A stretch of DNA of 64,000 nucleotides from an uncultured virus (IMG/VR IMGVR_UViG_3300032038_000017) (taxonomy: Duplodnaviria; Heunggongvirae; Uroviricota; Caudoviricetes), in the IMG/VR virus record IMGVR_UViG_3300032038_000017; one strand, given 5' to 3'. A program made the translations under genes and the position numbers. The stretch's first letter is position 1, and the number at the start of each line of letters is the position of its first letter. This document shows, piece by piece, positions 58,976-64,000 of the stretch. The notes beneath the pieces were generated by a model. It searched no databases, was not told the DNA's origin, and saw only the letters and a list, made by a program, of their open reading frames with translations.

Positions 58976-59419
58976 ATGGAAATTAAAGACGAAGAACTCT
59001 TGAAAAAAATCGTAAGAAGATTCTCAGAAACATTCCATGTCGGTCAGTGTGGCGAACCTACGATGCCGACAGAAGATAAGGTTGTTCTCACATTTGGTTT
59101 CATTGGAGACGAAATGTCAGACTATAAAATTTACCTTGCTATTTATGACAATGGCTTTACCGTAAGTGTCCGTTACGAAAACGAAGCCCGAAAAAAATTC
59201 CACGAAAATTATGTTTCTAAAGCATACTATTCAGACATTAAATCCTCCGAAGACTTTTGCAAGAAAATAGCCGCCGCTATCTTTGTAGAAATTCACACAT
59301 TCTGCGACGGCGACATTATCCCTCACTTGGTAGATTGGATTCATGTTGCCGGACTTGGAGCAGGCTCTGACCCTATCAAAGTAATGAAAGAATACTCTGA
59401 AAAAAATCTCAACGCATAA
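58976..59419 (+). CDS. hypothetical protein
   Basis: plus-strand element and AAGGAG. Confidence 0.85.
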   Translation: MEIKDEELLKKIVRRFSETFHVGQCGEPTMPTEDKVVLTFGFIGDEMSDYKIYLAIYDNGFTVSVRYENEARKKFHENYVSKAYYSDIKSSEDFCKKIAAAIFVEIHTFCDGDIIPHLVDWIHVAGLGAGSDPIKVMKEYSEKNLNA

Positions 59420-59428
59420 GGAAAAAAC

Positions 59429-59653
59429 ATGACTGTTTATCAGCTTTATCTGAAAGGGAAATCGGCAGTCTTTGAAGAGCCATTCAAGGCAGCTTGTCAG
59501 ACCGTCACAAAACATTATCCTACGGAAGAAGAAAAGCAGGACTTTATCAAGTCTTGCCAAGATAAGTCATACTTAAACTTTCTCGATGTGTCTACAGAAA
59601 AGGCTCGTGAACTCCTGGAAGTAAAAGTTCTGGAGCTAACGCTTAAAGACTAG
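59429..59653 (+). CDS. hypothetical protein
   Basis: AAGGA RBS. Confidence 0.78.
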   Translation: MTVYQLYLKGKSAVFEEPFKAACQTVTKHYPTEEEKQDFIKSCQDKSYLNFLDVSTEKARELLEVKVLELTLKD

Positions 59654-59688
59654 AAAAAAAATATAACTCTGCAAGAAAAAAAATCTTG

Positions 59689-59715
59689 CAGGGTAAGAAA
59701 TAATAAGGTTATAAT
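59689..59715 (+). promoter_or_regulatory. Plus-strand copy of the element upstream of ORF 59739
   Basis: CAGGGTAAGAAATAATAAGGTTATAAT, then GAGG and ATG; overlapped by hairpin CTGCAAGA..TCTTGCAG. Confidence 0.88.
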
Positions 59716-59738
59716 ATTTTTTTTGACGAGGTAAAACT

Positions 59739-60818
59739 ATGAAGAAAAAAATTCTATTTTTACTTACATTTTTATTCGTTCTCATTAGCAATACATTTGC
59801 CTATCAGATTGTCCTTGAACGCCGTGTAGACAACAAGGTTTGTCGTTACGCCGACAAGAAATGGTTTGAGGAACACGGAACTGTCAAAATCTATTGTAAC
59901 GAATTTGCCAGTGCCAATGGTAAGGAAAAGTTCGGCTGGGCTTTTGGTATTGACTCTGACCTTATTAATAATGCCTCAACAACAGAAGGGTATAAGCAGA
60001 TTGGACTTCGTGGAGAAGACGACTGTCCACTTATGTATTACATAAAAGACGGCAGATTCTACATCGGTTGGGTATGGACTAACGGATATGATTCTGAGGT
60101 GACTATGGTTCATACATTTTACGACTTCGATGAAAAAAATGGCTACGATTTGTATTTTTTGTATGCCTATGCTTGTGCCGTAAATCATTTGCTTACATAC
60201 GGTAATAACATCACATTCCACGAAAAAAAAGATTCAAATGGTCGAAATTTCTTCTGGTCTTCTGAAAATGAACTTAAACCAGACATGTCTTTCAGTACCA
60301 AAAGCTTTCCAGAATACGTAAACCATTCAAACTTTCGCCTTGAAAACGGATGTATCGACGGTGATAGGGTTTGGCTTGACGGTGAATGGCGAAACATTGT
60401 AGGTAGAAAGTATACGGATAAAACTGGTTTGGTTTGGATAGCTTTCTATGATTCCATAGGGTATCACGTCCAGAACACCAGCGATAAAAACCTTTATAGA
60501 TGGTTTGAACCAATGGTTACTTTCCAGACTTATCGAACCGTAAAAATGGTTCTGATAAAGACCGTTGATACTAATAGCAGTGTAGACGCTGGCAAAAGAA
60601 TTGCAGATAATCTGATAAAAAACGGATTATGGAAAGCAAAGAAACCAATGTACCCTGGCGACGGATGTTCATTAGGTGAAAAAGGTCCAATGGAAGGTGT
60701 AATTACTTGTTGGTATGAACCGTTCGTATATCAAGGCTATGATTATAACGGATTGGGCGATTCCCCTAATAAGAGCCAGCTTATTGATTACGCCAAAGTT
60801 ACTGTAAAAAGAAATTAA
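59739..60818 (+). CDS. secreted hypothetical protein
   Basis: MKKKILFLLTFLFVLISNTFA signal peptide; plus-strand element. Confidence 0.88.
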   Translation: MKKKILFLLTFLFVLISNTFAYQIVLERRVDNKVCRYADKKWFEEHGTVKIYCNEFASANGKEKFGWAFGIDSDLINNASTTEGYKQIGLRGEDDCPLMYYIKDGRFYIGWVWTNGYDSEVTMVHTFYDFDEKNGYDLYFLYAYACAVNHLLTYGNNITFHEKKDSNGRNFFWSSENELKPDMSFSTKSFPEYVNHSNFRLENGCIDGDRVWLDGEWRNIVGRKYTDKTGLVWIAFYDSIGYHVQNTSDKNLYRWFEPMVTFQTYRTVKMVLIKTVDTNSSVDAGKRIADNLIKNGLWKAKKPMYPGDGCSLGEKGPMEGVITCWYEPFVYQGYDYNGLGDSPNKSQLIDYAKVTVKRN

Positions 60819-60837
60819 GAAGACATTTAAAAATAAA

Positions 60838-60875
60838 ATTACCCCAAAAGCTTATAAAAGCCTTGGGGTATTTTC
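60838..60875. terminator. Probable bidirectional terminator at the convergence of ORFs 59739(+) and 60931(-)
   Basis: TACCCCAA..TTGGGGTA hairpin flanked by A- and T-runs. Confidence 0.65.
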
Positions 60876-60930
60876 GTTTTAAATTTTTCGTTTTTCGTTT
60901 CGTTTTTCGTTTTTTAAAAAACGAGAATTT

Positions 60931-62196
60931 TTAGGTGGTAGGTTCTTCGTCGTTATGTAAATCAGTCAATTCTGGTTCGTCTTGTGTATCCTTATCGGGA
61001 TTTTCTTTCTTGAAAAGACTCTTTTTATTGTAATTACCTTTCGAATGGTACTTTTCTTTCTTATCAGAATCTTTATCCTTACTCTTACCTACTCTCTTTT
61101 CCTGACTACCTAATGGGCTTCCTGCATTAGAAAGTACTTTACCTGCTCGGCGACCCCACAAAGCAAGTTTAGATAAGTACTGGGCATAGTAGCTTCCACC
61201 GGGAATAAATGCACCTAAGCCATATGTAAATGCACCGAATGCCAAAGAAGCAGCAGATAACGAACCACCTGCACCGATAAGCAGTGAATTTCTACGTGCG
61301 TCTAATGTCTTGATAAACTTCTGGTTATCTTTCAAGAACTTCTTGTAGTTCTTTTCCAATTCAGTAAACTCTTTAATAGCGTCTTTGAATGTTTCCTGTA
61401 CGTCTTCAGGTTTTATTTTTGAAACACTTGTTGCATTAATGTCTGTTTCGATAGACATAACTAAACTAAGCCAAGTCAATGCGTCCAGTTCTGTACTATA
61501 AATAAAATCTGGGTTTTCACCGGCTACGAATGTTTCGTCCATCCATTCCAGTCCTGGGTCTATCTTCTTAAAGAAATCTTTTGCCGAAGCATTTCCGTCA
61601 AGGAAAGACTTATACTCTGCTTCTGCTTTCTCAAAAAGCTCTTCGTCGAGAACCTTTCCGGTCTTTTCGTTTGAAACTGCTTTACGTTTTTTCAAATAAA
61701 AATTTTTAAAAGCTTCCTTAATCTTTTGTTTACTTTCGGCAGACGCTTTTTGGGCTTTTAATAATGCCTTTGAGTATTCTTCAACATAATATACTCTTAA
61801 ATTGCCGGTTACACCAAAAGAGTTCAAGATAAGACCTAGCATAGGTTCTTTTTCTTCTTTTGCACCACAAGCCCTAACAATTTTGATAACGTTTTCTTTA
61901 TTTTTCAAGCTTTCCCTATTAGCTATTGCCTGTGCTTCTGGTTCAGCTACGCCGTTTTCTACAAGTGAATCTTTCCATACAACAAGAATTTCTGCAAGTT
62001 CTGTGTCATTATCATTAAGAGACAATGGTTTTTTAACGATACCGTCCATGTCTAAACCGTTCTTAAATCTAACGGTCTTGATAGCGTCAATTAAAAGACC
62101 AAATACAGTATTTTCCTGGTCTTCTGTATATATTTTTTTTGTTTCGTCTTCTATAAGCTTTGAGAGGTTCTCGCGGTAAATGTTTGCAAAGTTCAT
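60931..62196 (-). CDS. hypothetical protein with one hydrophobic Gly/Ala segment (possible virion protein)
   Basis: 421-aa ORF, no element. Confidence 0.85.
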   Translation of the reverse strand: MNFANIYRENLSKLIEDETKKIYTEDQENTVFGLLIDAIKTVRFKNGLDMDGIVKKPLSLNDNDTELAEILVVWKDSLVENGVAEPEAQAIANRESLKNKENVIKIVRACGAKEEKEPMLGLILNSFGVTGNLRVYYVEEYSKALLKAQKASAESKQKIKEAFKNFYLKKRKAVSNEKTGKVLDEELFEKAEAEYKSFLDGNASAKDFFKKIDPGLEWMDETFVAGENPDFIYSTELDALTWLSLVMSIETDINATSVSKIKPEDVQETFKDAIKEFTELEKNYKKFLKDNQKFIKTLDARRNSLLIGAGGSLSAASLAFGAFTYGLGAFIPGGSYYAQYLSKLALWGRRAGKVLSNAGSPLGSQEKRVGKSKDKDSDKKEKYHSKGNYNKKSLFKKENPDKDTQDEPELTDLHNDEEPTT

Positions 62197-62513
62197 TATT
62201 CTGCTTCCCCCTTAGTTTCTTGATTTGTATTTAAGTCTTCTACCGGAGCTTGTGGGTCTTGATGGACTGCCTTACGTATTTCCGGGCTATTAATTTTTTT
62301 CAAAACATTTTTTGCAGAATTAATGAATCCGTTAAGCTCACCAATTTCGTTCCTATTCTTGTAACGGTCTTCTATTGTTTCATTAAACTCAGAAACCTGT
62401 GAAATAAACTTGTTCAATTTTTCATTAAGCTCTTTCCAGTTTTCTTCGTTGAGTTTACCGTCTTCAAGTTTTTCTTGAAGCTTATTTAAGAAAAATACTT
62501 CTTCGAAATCCAT
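62196..62513 (-). CDS. hypothetical protein
   Basis: GGAG RBS before MDFEE. Confidence 0.78.
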   Translation of the reverse strand: MDFEEVFFLNKLQEKLEDGKLNEENWKELNEKLNKFISQVSEFNETIEDRYKNRNEIGELNGFINSAKNVLKKINSPEIRKAVHQDPQAPVEDLNTNQETKGEAE

Positions 62514-62517
62514 AAAA

Positions 62518-62886
62518 TTACTCCGCCTTAGCTTCTTGTTCCTGGTTAACTGGTGTTTCGTCCAACTGGATGTTAACATCAATGTTCATCACTTTCTGCT
62601 TCAATGTTACAAGAGCCTGGGTGTCTTTCTGTCGCTGTTCTGGCGTAACATTTGGAGCTTTTGCAGTGCCCACTGCCTTAATCATACCGTCAAGCTGCTT
62701 GATAATGTCGGCTTTCTGTTTCTGCAATTTTTTAAGGTTATTGGCGGGTGAGCCAAACTTAGCCAGAATGCTTTGGATAATGCCAGCTTCTTCAAGCTTT
62801 TGAACGTATATGTCTTGCTGAGATTCTGTCATCTTAGCCAAGTGATTATTTATTTTTTCAATCTGTTTTTCTGTTATCTCTTTCAT
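62518..62886 (-). CDS. hypothetical protein
   Basis: ORF preceded by TTTACTAATTA motif. Confidence 0.8.
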   Translation of the reverse strand: MKEITEKQIEKINNHLAKMTESQQDIYVQKLEEAGIIQSILAKFGSPANNLKKLQKQKADIIKQLDGMIKAVGTAKAPNVTPEQRQKDTQALVTLKQKVMNIDVNIQLDETPVNQEQEAKAE

Positions 62887-62953
62887 AGTTAATTAGTAAA
62901 AAATAAAAAAAGCCTACGCATTACACGCAGGCTTCTCACAAGGAAATAAAGGC

Positions 62954-63763
62954 TTATCCTTCGATAGACTCACCGAGTCTTTCTTGTTCCTCTTCGTCGT
63001 TTATGTCCTTTACGTTACCGTTTTTTCCGGCTTCATTATCTTCGACTTTCTTGTCTGTATCTTCGCCGTCCTTAGGCTCTTCTGTTGTAGATTCACCCTC
63101 AGGTTTTTCTTCAGTAGCTTCTGCTGTTCCGGCAGTTTCAAGCTTCTTGTTTACATCGTCAAGAAGCTCCTGTTCTGCTTCCCCACCATTTTCTGGGTCA
63201 ACCTTTTTAGCTTCCTGAATCTTCTGTTCAAGCTCGGTTTTGATTTTCTGAAGCTCTTCTGGATTCTCGGCGTTTGTATCAATTCTATTTTTGATTTCGT
63301 CAAGAACTTTTTCTTCCTGTGCAACTTCTGCTGCCATAGCTTGTTCTGATTTAACAATCTGTGGCTCAAACTTCTTCTTAGCTTCGTTGTATTTTGCCTG
63401 GGCATTCGTAACACCCTGTGTTGCAGTTGTTACTTGTGCCTTAAACTTCTGAATGTACTGAAGGTCACGTTGCTTACGTCCTTCGTCTGCCAAAGGTGAA
63501 GTCTGGATAATCTGTTCCATTCCTGCCAAAGCTTCCATGATTTTTTGGGTAGAACTTTCAACAGTTGGTGTACCTTTGTCCATCCACTTAGCAAACTTGT
63601 AGAACGCCTTAGTGAACACATTTCCACCTTTGTCACCACCTTGGGCAGCAACTGGTGCATCTTCTTTCAAGTAATCTTCAAAGAAACGACTTTTAGCAGA
63701 TTCACTTACTTCAAGGGATTCATAAAGTTCTTTTAAGTAATCTGTATTAAACTTATCTTTCAT
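62954..63763 (-). CDS. acidic coiled-coil hypothetical protein
   Basis: GAGG RBS; E/K-rich. Confidence 0.85.
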   Translation of the reverse strand: MKDKFNTDYLKELYESLEVSESAKSRFFEDYLKEDAPVAAQGGDKGGNVFTKAFYKFAKWMDKGTPTVESSTQKIMEALAGMEQIIQTSPLADEGRKQRDLQYIQKFKAQVTTATQGVTNAQAKYNEAKKKFEPQIVKSEQAMAAEVAQEEKVLDEIKNRIDTNAENPEELQKIKTELEQKIQEAKKVDPENGGEAEQELLDDVNKKLETAGTAEATEEKPEGESTTEEPKDGEDTDKKVEDNEAGKNGNVKDINDEEEQERLGESIEG

Positions 63764-64000
63764 TCTTCAAACCTCTTTAAAATCATATGTTCCCCATAAC
63801 ACACAAGTATGGGGAACATTTTTTAATTAGAACAATCCAAGTGATGCAGCAAGTGAATCAACTTGATTATTCGTTGTGTTTCCTTCATAGAAGTCAGAAG
63901 TTTTTCCCTCTGTTGGAACATAAGTTGTGCTTTCGTCAAGCTGTCCAGCGTTTTCGAGTTCACGTGCAACTGACATAAACATTCTCTGTGCTTCACGGAG

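Noticed and set aside
60870..60925. TTTTTCG micro-repeat
   Set aside because: A few degenerate units next to a terminator; most likely slippage.
1..64000. Stop-codon reassignment explaining the short ORFs
   Set aside because: ORFs are bounded by their own elements, SDs and terminators. TAG and TGA stops fall at such boundaries, and the MTase and ATPase frames are uninterrupted in code 11.

Overview
This window looks like part of a large (jumbo-type) lytic phage genome. The host is probably a spirochaete (Treponema-like), inferred from the Ssb, YifB/ComM, FlgM-like and lipoprotein sequences. From about 0.7 kb to 58.8 kb almost everything is on the minus strand: about 130 short, mostly unrecognisable ORFs arranged as one- or two-gene units. 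Nearly every unit is preceded by a conserved 27-28 bp element (coding strand CAGGGTA-N14/15-TATAAT, with AAGGT or ATGGT directly before the TATAAT). I counted roughly 115 copies by eye. The element behaves like a non-canonical early promoter: it flips strand with the genes at 58.9 and 59.7 kb and also precedes a tRNA. Many copies are also embedded in inverted repeats whose arms co-vary, and several supply the stop codon of the upstream gene. The region therefore resembles a phage-borne gene-cassette array. Recognisable cargo: C5 DNA methyltransferase, Ssb, N-terminally truncated YifB/ComM AAA+ ATPase, HExxH metalloprotease, SAM-lyase-like protein, DarA-C-like protein, a 43-aa FlgM-like anti-sigma mimic, two tRNAs (Gln-TTG, CAT), two aberrant tRNA-like elements and several structured non-coding units. 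The right end (60.9-63.8 kb) holds larger acidic/helical ORFs without the element, probably late genes. No integrase, cas gene, capsid gene or polymerase is visible in the window. All family calls are from motif recognition by eye, not database searches.
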